Shown: positions 23,211-33,600 of the stretch, in pieces | Position numbering within the stretch: the first letter of the stretch is position 1 | Layout of the letters: every line of letters starts with the position of its first letter | Source: Pedosphaera sp. | Lineage (GTDB): Bacteria; Verrucomicrobiota; Verrucomicrobiia; Limisphaerales; UBA1100 | Direction of reading: 5' to 3' | Length of the DNA stretch: 56,333 bases | Assembly: GCA_009695465.1 (NCBI GenBank) | Contig: SIAW01000004.1 | Span: 1-56,333 of the forward strand | Notes under the pieces: model-generated | What the model saw: the letters and a program-made list of their open reading frames with translations, nothing else | The model's database searches: none | Told to the model about the DNA's origin: nothing | Made by a program: the position numbers and the translations under genes

Positions 23211-24002
23211 TCAAGGACGGGGGATCGTCAGAGTCTGGCCGATGACCAGTCGTTTGGGATCCAATCCCGGATTGGCCGCGATCAAATCCTGCGCCTTGAT
23301 GCCGTACCGGCGCGCGATGCTGGTGGGATTTTCGCTGGCCCCCACCGTGTGTTTTTTGGCGGCAGTAGCGGATGTCACGGGCGCGGCGGTCGGTGCGGTT
23401 TGCTTGGCGGATTTATCGGCGGCCTTCGATGTGGGCGACTGCGGTGCGGGCGCGGGTGGTGTCGGCTGCGGTGGCGGCACGATGTTGGCCAGCGCGGGGT
23501 TGACGGTCTGCAGACGCTGACGCAGCACGTCGTTCTCGTGTTTTAACACGGTGTGCTGCTGCTCAAGTTGGGTGAGCTTGGCTTGCAGCTCCACGACCTC
23601 TTTGCGGCGCAGATCAATCGCGCCGGTGCGTTTCATCTCCTCCACCAAATCAATCTGGCAACCGGCGACGCGATCTTCGATGTCCTTGGCCAGCGGCGAT
23701 TCGGGCATCAATTTGAGGTAACGCCGGTAATGATAGATGGCCGCAGCGGGGTCGCCCTTGTGCTTTTCGTAGAGGATGCCCAGCTCTTTGTGCGCGGCCG
23801 CTGATTGCGGATTCAGTTCGAGCGCCTTGTGGAATGAGTTGATCGCCTCCTCATAATTGAGCTGGCGAACATGGTCTTGGCCTTTGAGATAAAACGGCTC
23901 GCGCTCATCATCGCCCGCACGATGAACAGCAGCCGGGCGATTGCAGCCCGTCACCATCGTCACCAGCAGGAAAACCTCCAACCAACGCACCCAGAACGTC
24001 AC
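23211..24002 (-). CDS. TPR-coiled-coil-LysM lipoprotein
   Basis: Lipobox VTGC, TPR segments (AINSFHKALELNP, AIYHYRRYLKLMP) and a C-terminal LysM (HTVGASENPTSIARRYGI...ANPGLDPKRLVIGQTLTIP). Confidence 0.85.
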   Translation of the reverse strand: MTFWVRWLEVFLLVTMVTGCNRPAAVHRAGDDEREPFYLKGQDHVRQLNYEEAINSFHKALELNPQSAAAHKELGILYEKHKGDPAAAIYHYRRYLKLMPESPLAKDIEDRVAGCQIDLVEEMKRTGAIDLRRKEVVELQAKLTQLEQQHTVLKHENDVLRQRLQTVNPALANIVPPPQPTPPAPAPQSPTSKAADKSAKQTAPTAAPVTSATAAKKHTVGASENPTSIARRYGIKAQDLIAANPGLDPKRLVIGQTLTIPRP

Positions 24003-24054
24003 GCACTGAACTTATCGAAAATTCTGCCGGGAGGCAATGCGTTGTTGTCCTCCA

Positions 24055-24966
24055 TCAAACATTGGGCGGCGGCTCGCCCGAGAATGGATTTGCGGGCGCG
24101 GCTTCGTCGGACGTCTGCGACGGTGCCGCGAATGGATTTGTTGCCGCAGCAACCGTCTCCAATTTCTCCAAATAGAATGGCGCCAAGAAAAGGTAGCCGA
24201 CGCTGACCACGAGGTGCAGTCCGTAAACCATCAGCACACCGATGAGCGGGAGCAATCCCAGCGCGTAACAAAGGATGCCCATGCCCATCAACGCCGCGCC
24301 GGGCATCAACGCTGCGCCGGCCAGTCGGCAGCAGGCGGCGTAGCCTCCTGCGCGGTCGGAGAAAAAGGCGACGGTGCGCACGGCCCACGCCGCAGCCAAT
24401 GCCAGCAGCGTCCACATGAACATGAGCACCGCCACGATGCCCGCGCCCAGTGCCGCCAGTAAAAATGGGCGGCGCGATCCCCACCACGGCGCCAGCCATT
24501 CGCGCTCCAGCCTCAAGTTGAACTGGGCGGGATACGCGACGCGTACAAAACCGAACAGCGACGCCAACTGCAGCCGGCGCTCCTGGAATTCCACCTGCAC
24601 GTCGGCCACTTGGCTGTGATCTTCCGCATTGAGCGGGTCCACGATGATGTGCAGAAAGGAAGGCTCCGTCAGCCGCGTCAACGCGCGCGGTTCATTGTCG
24701 GGCCACTGCAATCGGCCTTGTGCAATGGCACCGCCGGGAGTGGGCAGATGGGCGATCGCCTCGTCCACGACTGGCATCCATTGGCTGTGCACCAGCCAGA
24801 CGCATGTGCCCGCGATGAAGAGCGCCACCAACAATTGCGCCCGCCACAAGCACCACGTGGATGCGCGCGCGAACGCGGCCACGCCACGCGGGGTGAAGGG
24901 CTGCCAAGCAGCCGTTGGGTTTTCAGAGGGGACAGGCTGCGCGATCGCTGGCGGATCGGGGTCCAT
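24055..24966 (-). CDS. Hypothetical membrane protein
   Basis: 303 aa with 4-5 hydrophobic helices, inside a minus-strand operon. Confidence 0.65.
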   Translation of the reverse strand: MDPDPPAIAQPVPSENPTAAWQPFTPRGVAAFARASTWCLWRAQLLVALFIAGTCVWLVHSQWMPVVDEAIAHLPTPGGAIAQGRLQWPDNEPRALTRLTEPSFLHIIVDPLNAEDHSQVADVQVEFQERRLQLASLFGFVRVAYPAQFNLRLEREWLAPWWGSRRPFLLAALGAGIVAVLMFMWTLLALAAAWAVRTVAFFSDRAGGYAACCRLAGAALMPGAALMGMGILCYALGLLPLIGVLMVYGLHLVVSVGYLFLAPFYLEKLETVAAATNPFAAPSQTSDEAAPANPFSGEPPPNV

Positions 24967-24975
24967 GGCCAGCCA

Positions 24976-25407
24976 TCAAGCCTCCGGCTTCGCCTCGGGT
25001 GCTGCTGGGTTCGACGGGGCTTCCAGCACTGGCACGGGGAAACGCAGTTTGAGCACGTCATCCACGATGACTTCGATGTGGTAGATGCCCGGCTGTTGGA
25101 ATTCAATCTGGCCGAAGACCGACACGTTGGTGGCGCTGTGCGAGGGGCTCTGCAGTTGGAATTTCAACCGGCTCTCGCGCATCATCGTGGAGCCGTCGGG
25201 CGCGATGAGCCGGACGCATTCAGCGAACTGCCCGATCCCTGCCACCCAGCGGTTGAAGATGCAGAGCTTGAGCGCCGTCACCGGCAGCTTGGGCACAACG
25301 ATGTGATTGATGACGCCGAGCAGGATGAAGTTGCTGTTCATCTCCTGCCGGATATCTTCGCAGAGGACGGAGCATTGCAGGTCAGGCAGGATGCGAGTGG
25401 GTTCCAT
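24976..25407 (-). CDS. DUF6941-like hypothetical protein
   Basis: LCEDIRQE...ILLGV...FQQPGIY.IEV beta-sandwich pattern. Confidence 0.6.
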   Translation of the reverse strand: MEPTRILPDLQCSVLCEDIRQEMNSNFILLGVINHIVVPKLPVTALKLCIFNRWVAGIGQFAECVRLIAPDGSTMMRESRLKFQLQSPSHSATNVSVFGQIEFQQPGIYHIEVIVDDVLKLRFPVPVLEAPSNPAAPEAKPEA

Positions 25408-25409
25408 GG

Positions 25410-26318
25410 TCAGTCAATTTTGATTCCGAGGGCCTGCGCGGCGGCGCGGGCGGTGTTAGAAAGGAGCATGGCGATGGTCATCGGACCGACCCCGCCGGGA
25501 TTGGGTGTGATGCGGCCGGCCACTAGGCGCACGGCATCGAAGTCCACATCGCCGACCAGCTTGGAGCCGTTCGGCGCGGCGGCATCGGCCACACGATTGA
25601 CGCCCACATCAATGACGATCGCGCCGGGCTTGACCATGTCAGCCTTCACAAAATGGGCGACGCCCATCGCGGCCACGAGGATGTCCGCGCGTCGGCAATG
25701 TTCGGCAATGTGGCGCGTGCGCGAGTGGCAGAGCGTGACGGTAGCATCAGCGCCGCGCGCCTTTTGAAGCAGCAAAGCCGCCAGCGGTTTGCCCACGATG
25801 TTGCCGCGTCCCAGCACGACTACCTCCGCGCCGGCGGTGGCGATGCCGGTGCGCAGGAGCAGTTGCTGCACGCCGGCGGGAGTGCAGGGCACAAAGCCGC
25901 TGGGATCACCCAGCAGCAACTTGCCCATGTTCACCGGGTGAAAGCCGTCCACATCTTTGCCGGGCGAGATGGTGTTGAACACCGCAGCGCTGTCAATGTG
26001 CGCGGGCAACGGAGCCTGCACGAGGATGCCGTGGACGGTGGGATCGGCATTGAGTTCAGCGATGCGGCGCAGCAGATCTTTCTGCTCGGTGGCCTCGGGC
26101 AGCACCTCGGTACGGGAACGGATGCCCAGCCGCGTGCAGGTCTTCTCCTTCATCCCGACGTACACTTTGGACGCGGGATCCTCACCGACACGGATGAAAG
26201 CCAAACCCGGCTGCAGACCGTTGTCGTACAGCCGGGTGATAATCTGGCGAGTCTCTTGATGGATCTCCTCGGCGATGGCCCGACCATCGATGAGGTTGTC
26301 CGCTGTGACGGTGGTCAC
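25410..26318 (-). CDS. folD: Bifunctional methylenetetrahydrofolate dehydrogenase/cyclohydrolase
   Basis: Motifs YVGMK, GILVQAPLP, KDVDGFHP, PCTP, GRGNIVGKP and PGGVGPMT. Confidence 0.96.
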   Translation of the reverse strand: MTTVTADNLIDGRAIAEEIHQETRQIITRLYDNGLQPGLAFIRVGEDPASKVYVGMKEKTCTRLGIRSRTEVLPEATEQKDLLRRIAELNADPTVHGILVQAPLPAHIDSAAVFNTISPGKDVDGFHPVNMGKLLLGDPSGFVPCTPAGVQQLLLRTGIATAGAEVVVLGRGNIVGKPLAALLLQKARGADATVTLCHSRTRHIAEHCRRADILVAAMGVAHFVKADMVKPGAIVIDVGVNRVADAAAPNGSKLVGDVDFDAVRLVAGRITPNPGGVGPMTIAMLLSNTARAAAQALGIKID

Positions 26319-27818
26319 TTAGGGTTCAAGGTCGTCGGTGGTCTTGAGCGTCTTGACCTGCAACACCGGGGTGTCCGGCCAGCGCGGGTCAATGGCTTCC
26401 TCGCCCGTGATGAGCACGCGACGGCCGCGCAGCATTTTCAGCGGCAGCTTGGGATTGTCGAGCAGCAGGTAGTTGATGACCTTGCCGCTTTCCAGATGCT
26501 CCAGCACAAACGGCGCGGGGGCTTGGATGTTCAAGGTGCGCTGCACGATGCCTTCGCGGACGATAATGCGCACCGGCGGTTTCTCGGTGGGCACTTCGGT
26601 CTTGGTCACGGCGGGCACGGGAGCGGTGGGTGTGGTGGCCGCGGGCTTGATGGGCTCAACGGGCGGCACCACAGCAACAATCTTTGCCGGTTCCGTCGGC
26701 GCAGGAATCACGGGCAACGTTGGCGTGGTGACTGGCGGCGTGGGCGCGGTGACAACCTTGGCCGGCTCGGTCGGCTTGACGGTCTCAGTCGGTGCCGACG
26801 GATTATTGCCAGTGATTTTTGCCGGGGTTTCCTTGTCGGGAGTCGCAGGCGTCCCTGCCACTTTGGCGGGTGCCGGTGCCAAACCCGTCTTCGGGTTTTT
26901 CAAACCTGCCGGCGGGTTCGCCTTGATCGGAATGGGCGGCGCGGGGAATGCCTCGGACGGATCGGTGTTTTTGCGCGTGGGATCGAAGGATTCCAGCGGC
27001 ACGGAGATGATGGTGTCCGATGGCGGGCGGGTGTCCTTGCGGCCAGATGCTGCAGGATTCACTCCCGGATTGCCTTGGCTGGGGATCTTCGGCAGCACTT
27101 TGCTGAGGGTGGGATCGGGCAATGTCACCACATTGGAAACCAGCGGGCCTGTGCCAGCGGCTTGCTTGACGACCAATTCCGCAGCGACGAACACGAAGGT
27201 GTTCAACGGCGCGGCAATCTCCTGCCATTCGTTGACCTTGCGTGCCGTGACGAGCACCGTGTCACCTTTGACCAGTGTGCCGAGGACGGGGAAATTATCA
27301 CCGTGACCTGCGCGCACATTGAGCTTGGTGCCGGCGACGGTGAAGGTCTGCGGATTGGGGCCGGGCACAAGGAACTTGCTGTGCACCCACAGGCCGACAT
27401 TGCCGGGCACCTGCACGCGCAGCCACTGTTTGGGTTCGCCGGCCTTGACGTTTTTCAGCGTCACCTCTTCCAAGATGAACACCGGTTCGCCCTTCTCAAA
27501 TTTGAACACCGGATGGCTGAAGACAGTCGCGCCACCACGTGCCACCACACTGCCGCTGCCGATGGTGCCGATCCAGAGTGTGCCGGCCGGCGGCGCATCA
27601 GATGCAGCAAGCGCGGGTACGCCGGGCGCAGCGCCAGTATCAATAACGCCCGGTGGCAATGCTGCGGGCGGCGCTGCTATGGGCGCAGGTGCCGCTGGTG
27701 CAGCAACGGGTGCCGTAACAATCGGAGGTTTGGCAGGCGCGGCTGGCGCCGCTTGTGCCCACGCGGCGGCGGTCAACGCCGCCACCATTACTGGTGTGAG
27801 GATGTGGTTCGCTTTCAT
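26319..27818 (-). CDS. Secreted protein with tandem SH3b-like domains and a Pro/Thr-rich linker
   Basis: Signal peptide, LNVRAGHG...LG.L.KG...W SH3b pattern, a long P/T/A-rich linker and a compact C-terminal domain. Confidence 0.7.
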   Translation of the reverse strand: MKANHILTPVMVAALTAAAWAQAAPAAPAKPPIVTAPVAAPAAPAPIAAPPAALPPGVIDTGAAPGVPALAASDAPPAGTLWIGTIGSGSVVARGGATVFSHPVFKFEKGEPVFILEEVTLKNVKAGEPKQWLRVQVPGNVGLWVHSKFLVPGPNPQTFTVAGTKLNVRAGHGDNFPVLGTLVKGDTVLVTARKVNEWQEIAAPLNTFVFVAAELVVKQAAGTGPLVSNVVTLPDPTLSKVLPKIPSQGNPGVNPAASGRKDTRPPSDTIISVPLESFDPTRKNTDPSEAFPAPPIPIKANPPAGLKNPKTGLAPAPAKVAGTPATPDKETPAKITGNNPSAPTETVKPTEPAKVVTAPTPPVTTPTLPVIPAPTEPAKIVAVVPPVEPIKPAATTPTAPVPAVTKTEVPTEKPPVRIIVREGIVQRTLNIQAPAPFVLEHLESGKVINYLLLDNPKLPLKMLRGRRVLITGEEAIDPRWPDTPVLQVKTLKTTDDLEP

Positions 27819-28522
27819 TTTGTGTTTAGTACCGAGTTAATTTCCGTTTCGCTCAACATTCGCCATTTGCCAACGCGCAGTTCGCCTAACTTGATCGGGC
27901 CGATCTGTTCTCGCCGCAGCGCCAACACTTCGATGCCCAGCACTGCGAAAATCCTGCGCACCTCGCGGTTCTTGCCTTCGGCCAATTCCAATTCCACGAT
28001 GCTTCGGGTGTTGTTGGCCATGAGCAACCGCGCCGCTCGCGGTTGCAATCGTTCGCCTTGATGCTCCACGCCGCGCTTCAGCTTGGTCATCACTGCCGGG
28101 GTGACTTTGCCAGCCACTTCCGCCAGATAGACTTTCCCCATGCGGTGCCGCGGATGCGTCACACGCAATGCGAACGCCCCGTCATTTGTGACAAAGATCA
28201 ACCCCTCGCTATCCCGATCCAACCGTCCCACCGGGTAGAGGTGCTGCCATTCCGGCGGCAACAACTCGCCCAAGATGGGCCGATCCCGCTCATCGCTGCG
28301 CGTGCACACATGCCCGCGCGGCTTGTGGACTGCCACATAAAGCTTGCGCTTAAGTTGGATGGGATTGCCGCCGATGCTCACCATGTCAACCTGCGGATCA
28401 ACGCAGGTGCCCATGGTGCGGACGACTCGACCGTTAACCTTCACTTTGCCGGCGAGGATCATTTCCTCTCCAGCCCTTCGTGAAGCCACACCGGCTTCCG
28501 CTAGAAATTTCTGCAGTCGCAC
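27815..28522 (-). CDS. rluB: rRNA pseudouridine synthase (RluB/RsuA family)
   Basis: S4 domain RLQKFLAEAGVASRR, HKPRG, GRLDRDSEGL and EGKNREVRR. GTG start assumed. Confidence 0.88.
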   Translation of the reverse strand: MRLQKFLAEAGVASRRAGEEMILAGKVKVNGRVVRTMGTCVDPQVDMVSIGGNPIQLKRKLYVAVHKPRGHVCTRSDERDRPILGELLPPEWQHLYPVGRLDRDSEGLIFVTNDGAFALRVTHPRHRMGKVYLAEVAGKVTPAVMTKLKRGVEHQGERLQPRAARLLMANNTRSIVELELAEGKNREVRRIFAVLGIEVLALRREQIGPIKLGELRVGKWRMLSETEINSVLNTK

Positions 28523-28615
28523 AGTTGTGGGTAACGGACAACCAACCCCAATCTCCAACTGGAAACAGGCTCTCCCCTGGGCCAAAGCCCGCAACTAATG
28601 CGACTGCGCGCCGCT

Positions 28616-28771
28616 TTATACTGGCGGCTTGGTCTTGACCAAACCGATCACGCGCTCGCCGGCTTTCCAGCGACCACGTTGCTTGAGCAACGCCACCCGC
28701 TCATAGCGGCGAAGCACGTTGCGCTTGCCCCCAAGGGCACTAACTGCACGCAGACTGCGATGTTGCGACAT
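28616..28771 (-). CDS. Small basic protein, PVC-superphylum signature type (TIGR04137-like), not in ORF track
   Basis: Hand translation gives MSQHRSLRAVSALGGKRNVLRRYERVALLKQRGRWKAGERVIGLVKTKPPV* (51 aa). AAGGA Shine-Dalgarno 8 nt upstream. Confidence 0.88.
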   Translation of the reverse strand: MSQHRSLRAVSALGGKRNVLRRYERVALLKQRGRWKAGERVIGLVKTKPPV

Positions 28772-29030
28772 ATCCCGTTTCCTTAAGGCCACCTGCAGTC
28801 AGCACCGCGACAGTCATTAAACACCGTCACTGGCACCACCCACAGGCAGCAGGTTGGTTCTAACACTGTGCCCACAATAGGCAAAGCGAACTTGTTAACA
28901 CTATTGGCAGTGGTTCACAAATGATTTCTCTGGAAAATTCAGCGGGCCTGCTGGGTTGCGTCGGGGCACGCGCTGCGTTAGGCTACGTCCAGAAAATGGA
29001 GATGCGCAAAGAGCGTTTCAACTTCCGCTG

Positions 29031-29621
29031 ATGGCCGCCGCGCAACGGATCGGATTGTTTGGCGGGTCCTTCGACCCCGTCCACTTGGGGCACGTCATGG
29101 TGGCGCGCGCCGCGATTGAGGAGCTGCAGCTCACCCGGCTTTTTCTCATCCCCGCCGCGCGTTCGCCCTTCAAGACCGATGAAACGCCCGCCGCCGCGCC
29201 TCATCGTCTGCGCCTGTTGCGATTGGCGTTTGCCGGTTGGAACGATTGCGAAGTGGACGCGCAAGAGATGGCCCGCGACGGCGCCTCCGCGTCGTACAGC
29301 ATCAACACCGTGCGCGATTACGCTGCGCGATTCACGGGGGCGTCCCTGCATTATCTCATCGGTGCCGATCACGTCCCTACTTTGCCGCAGTGGCGTGAGG
29401 CTGCCGCGCTTGCTGCGCTGGTGACGTTCGCCGTCATGTCGCGTCCCGGAGAAACGCCGGTGGATTTCCCCGCGCCATTCCACGGCACTTGGCTGCGTGG
29501 CCAGCCGATGGCGGTGGCGGCTTCCGACATTCGCCGGCGCGCACGCGCTGGTTTGTCCATTGATCACTTGGTGCCAGCCGCCGTTGCCGGTGCCATCCGC
29601 GAATTGAAATTGTACACTTAA
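29031..29621 (+). CDS. nadD: Nicotinate-nucleotide adenylyltransferase
   Basis: Motifs GGSFDPVHLGH, SPFK, SYSINT, IGAD and ASDIR. Confidence 0.93.
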   Translation: MAAAQRIGLFGGSFDPVHLGHVMVARAAIEELQLTRLFLIPAARSPFKTDETPAAAPHRLRLLRLAFAGWNDCEVDAQEMARDGASASYSINTVRDYAARFTGASLHYLIGADHVPTLPQWREAAALAALVTFAVMSRPGETPVDFPAPFHGTWLRGQPMAVAASDIRRRARAGLSIDHLVPAAVAGAIRELKLYT

Positions 29622-29989
29622 TGAAACCCAAAGAACTCGCCCAACTCTGCCGTGAATATGCCGACTCTAAAAAAGCCGAGGACATCGTTGTGCTCGATGT
29701 GAGCGGCGTGTCGAGCATCACGGATTATTTTGTCATCGCCACTGCCAACAGCGAGCCGCACGTCCGCTCCATCTGGCATGAGATTGTGGATCGTTTGCAG
29801 CGCGACCACGGCCAGCACGCGGGCAAACCTGAAGGCGCGCAGCAAAGTCAGTGGGTCGTCGTTGATTACTTCGACGTCGTGGTGCACGTGATGGTGAAGC
29901 GCGTGCGCGAGGAGTATAACTTGGAAGGGCTGTGGAACGATGCCACGGCGGTGCGCCCGCCCGTTCGCCGTCGCGCTAAGAAGTTGTGA
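29621..29989 (+). CDS. rsfS: Ribosome silencing factor
   Basis: Motifs KKAEDIVVLD, TDYFVIAT, W..VD..DVVVHV and R..Y.LE.LW. Follows nadD with a TAATG overlap. Confidence 0.94.
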   Translation: MKPKELAQLCREYADSKKAEDIVVLDVSGVSSITDYFVIATANSEPHVRSIWHEIVDRLQRDHGQHAGKPEGAQQSQWVVVDYFDVVVHVMVKRVREEYNLEGLWNDATAVRPPVRRRAKKL

Positions 29990-30563
29990 GCACGCCCAGC
30001 CGTCCCCGTGCGGACTTATTGCGCGCGCCGTTGCCCACGACCCACGCCGTGGCACCGAAGTAAATCAACAGCAACGCCGCCGCTGCGACAAAGCCCCCTT
30101 CAGAAACCCGGTGCCACTTCGCGTGCTCGGCCGTGGCCGCTGTGGTGGCCGCGCTGGCAGGAGTGGCCGGACGCGCCGCTGCAGTCTGCGGCGTGCGCTG
30201 AAAATATTCTGGATACTTCTGGCGCAGCAACGACTCCATCTTGGGAGCCAGCCATTGGCCGCCGCCGCCCACCAATCCACCGATAAGCAGCAGCAAGAGG
30301 AGGCGCCATTTGGGAAATGCAATCTTGCCAATCCCCCACTCCAACAGCAGCAACGCAAGCGCCGCGCCTGCGCAGATGTACTGCGCCAGATAACAGCGCT
30401 GAAAGAAAATCTGGCCGGCCTGTCCCTTCGCCGCCTTCTCCGGCAGCAGGCTGTTGACCTCCGGCGCGGTGAAAATCGTCATCGCCACGATGAACATAAA
30501 CACCGCGATGCCCAGCCATACGCCCGTGTTGAGCAGAGAAAGATAACGCAGCAAGTTCACCAT
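29976..30563 (-). CDS. DUF4149/TMEM205-like membrane protein
   Basis: WLG...F..A..IF...AGQIFF...Y...H..S pattern with 4 TM helices. Confidence 0.6.
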   Translation of the reverse strand: MVNLLRYLSLLNTGVWLGIAVFMFIVAMTIFTAPEVNSLLPEKAAKGQAGQIFFQRCYLAQYICAGAALALLLLEWGIGKIAFPKWRLLLLLLIGGLVGGGGQWLAPKMESLLRQKYPEYFQRTPQTAAARPATPASAATTAATAEHAKWHRVSEGGFVAAAALLLIYFGATAWVVGNGARNKSARGRLGVLTTS

Positions 30564-30663
30564 CGGGCCGCACGGTACGAGATGCCCGCCGGAGTGCCAA
30601 GCCCTGATTGGCGCGAGGTTTTGGATTGTCACAAGGCGGCCGGCAGTGGTTTACTACTCGCGG

Positions 30664-33600
30664 ATGGCGAACAAGGAGGCCACGGAGAAACCCGTACAGG
30701 AAAGCTATGGCGAAGTCGTCGGCATGGTTTTGTTTTTTCTAGCGGTGCTGCTGTTGCTGGCCCTTTTCTCTTTCGACAAACACGACCTCGCCTTCAACGG
30801 CACACAGGTCAACGCCGCGCGGCACAACCTCGTGGGCGTGGTGGGCGCGTGGGTGGCGCAGATTGCTTTTCTCGCGGTGGGCGCTTCAGCGTACCTGCTG
30901 CCGCCGCTGCTGCTGCTCTTCGCGCTGGCCGCATTTTTTGAAAAGCTGGAGGCGATGCGCCGGCGCTGGCCGTGGGCGGTGGTGTTGGTGCTCAGTTGCA
31001 CGGCGGCGCTGAGTTTGCATCACGGACCATTCGATGAACTGGCCCGCCGATTGGGCGCGACGGATCCGGGAGGCTTCATCGGCACGCTGCTCAACCGCTA
31101 CATCTTCATCAACGTCGGCACGGTCGGCGCCAGTATCATCCTCATCTGTCTGTACGGAGTGAGCCTGCTGTTCCTCACCCATTTTCGTTTGGTGGAATGG
31201 CTGGGAGAACGATGGACTGCGTGGCGCGCGCCCCAGGACGCAGCGGCCGCGCCGCTCACCGCGGACGAAGCAGCATTGTCCGAGCGCGCTCAGGCGTTGG
31301 CGCAGCAATATCGCGAGTTGCAGAAGGAATTCGAGAAGGCCAATCAGACGCTCGGAAATATTGTCGGCAACAGCACCACCATCGCGCCCATGGCCAATCC
31401 TGCTGATCCCGTCGGGCCAAGTCTGGGTGCGGATTTGAAGCCGGTGCCCGAGCCGACCGTGCGCGATCTGAGCATGCCCGTGTCAAAGAAGCCCGCGACG
31501 GATGGCCCCACGCGTCAGCTCGCGGCCATCATGTTCACCGACATCGCCGGCTACACGCGCTTGTCCAACCGCGACGAGAAGGCGGCGATGAAACTCATCA
31601 AGCAGCAGCGCAAATTGCTGCGGCCGATCGTGGAGGAGTTCGAGGGCGAATGGCTCAAGGAGATCGGCGACGGATTGCTGCTGAGTTTCCCCAGCTCGCT
31701 CAACGCGGTGAACTGCGCGGTGCGCATTCAAGAGGCGGCGCGCGCGGTGCCGCATCTGAACCTGCGCATCGGTGTGCATCAAGGCGACATCGTGCGCGAG
31801 GGCGGCGACATTTACGGCGACGGTGTGAACATCGCTTCGCGCATCGAAAAATACGCGCCGGTGGGCGGCATCGCCGTGTCCGAAAAAATCCAGCAGGACA
31901 TCTCCAGCCATCCGGAGATCAATCTGGAACTGCTCGGCGAATTTGAATTGGAAGGCGTGGATCAGCGTGTGGAGGTGTTCACGGTCACCTCCAATCTGAA
32001 AGATCCGCTGGACGAAACCAAGTTGGTCGAGCCGTCGGCACCCGCTGTTCCGGTGGAGGCTGTGGCAAAAGGCCCCGCCACGATGGAGGAAATATTGGGC
32101 ATCGTGCCGGTGAAGTTCAAAGTTAAAGCGAAATCCAAACCGCTGGCCGTGGCGGCCACGCCGTTGATCGGCAATTACCAACTGCCGCCGCGCGAGCTCT
32201 TGAAGGTGCCCGAGCCGAGCAAGATCCCTTCAGAAACCAAAGAGGAGATGATGGCCAACTCGCGCCTGATGCAGCAGACGCTGGCGCAGTTTGGCATCGA
32301 GGTCGCGATGGGCGACATCACTAAAGGGCCGACCATCACGCGCTACGAATTGCATCCGGCGCCCGGCGTGAAGCTGGAAAAGATTGTCGCCCTCTCCAAC
32401 AACATCGCTGCGGCGCTGCGCGCGGAGCGCATCAATATCCTCGCGCCAGTGCCCGGGAAAAGTTCCGTGGGCGTGGAAGTGGCCAACCGTTCCAAGTGCA
32501 TGGTGTCGATGCGCGACTTGCTGGAGTCCGACGAGTGGAGCAAGACCAAGGCCCGCATTCCCGTGGTCATCGGCAAGGACGTTTACGGCAACGCCATCAT
32601 CTCCGATCTGGCCGAGATGCCGCATCTGCTCATCGCCGGCGCGACGGGCGCGGGCAAGAGCGTCTGCATCAACACCATCATCGCCTCGCTGCTCTACCGC
32701 TTCTCGCCCGACCAACTGCGCTTGGTGATGATTGATCCCAAGGTGGTGGAGTTGCAGATGTACAACACCCTGCCGCATCTGGTCGTGCCGGTGGTCACCG
32801 ATCCCAAGAAGGTGATCCTCGCATTGCGCTGGGTGGTGTTGGAGATGGAGAAGCGCTACAAGATTTTCGCCAAGGTGGCCGTGAAGAACATCGCCGGTTT
32901 CAACACCCGCTCGCGCGACAAGGTTGTGCTTGCGGTCGAGCAGGACCTGCCGCTGTACGCCGACAAGGAGAAGGGCGACGCCAATTCCAGCGGATTCGCC
33001 GTGGAGGTGGACGAGGAAATTGTGGTGCCGCGCGAGGAGGAGATTCAGATTCCCGATCAGCTCAGCTACGTCGTCGTGGTCATTGATGAGTTGGCCGATC
33101 TGATGTTGTCTGCGCCGGCCGATGTGGAGATGGCCATCGCGCGCATCACGCAGATGGCGCGCGCGGCGGGCATCCACTGCATCGTGGCCACGCAGCGTCC
33201 CAGCGTGGATGTCATCACCGGCGTCATCAAAGCCAACATCCCCGCGCGCATCGCGTTTCAGGTGGCGTCGAAGGTGGATAGCCGCACGATCATTGACAAG
33301 ATGGGGGCCGAGAAATTGTTGGGCAAAGGCGACATGCTTTACATGCAGCCCTCCGCCGCGCAGCCGATACGCGCGCAGGGTGCGCTGGTGACCGATCAGG
33401 AAATCCAAGCCATCGTGGATTTCATCGCCAAGCAAGGGAAGCCTTCGTACGAGATGGACATTCACCAGCAACTCTCCAAGCCGGAAAATGAATTTGGGGC
33501 TGGCTCCAGCGGAGAGGACGAAGAGTTGATCAACAAGTGCATCGAGGTCATCCGCTCTGAGCAGAAGGCCAGCGTGTCGCTGCTGCAACGCCGGCTGCGT

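Noticed and set aside
25653-28061. 802-aa plus-strand ORF
   Set aside because: It is the antisense shadow of folD, the SH3 gene and rluB. High GC suppresses stop codons, and it has no recognisable motifs.
28598-28786. 62-aa plus-strand ORF
   Set aside because: It is the shadow of the minus-strand small basic protein, which has an SD and a family pattern.
31510-31989. The insertion in FtsK as an intein or mobile element
   Set aside because: There are no Cys/Ser-start or His-Asn-end splicing motifs and no LAGLIDADG or HNH motifs. It lies in the variable linker rather than a conserved motif, its codon style matches the host gene, and it carries clear cyclase motifs.
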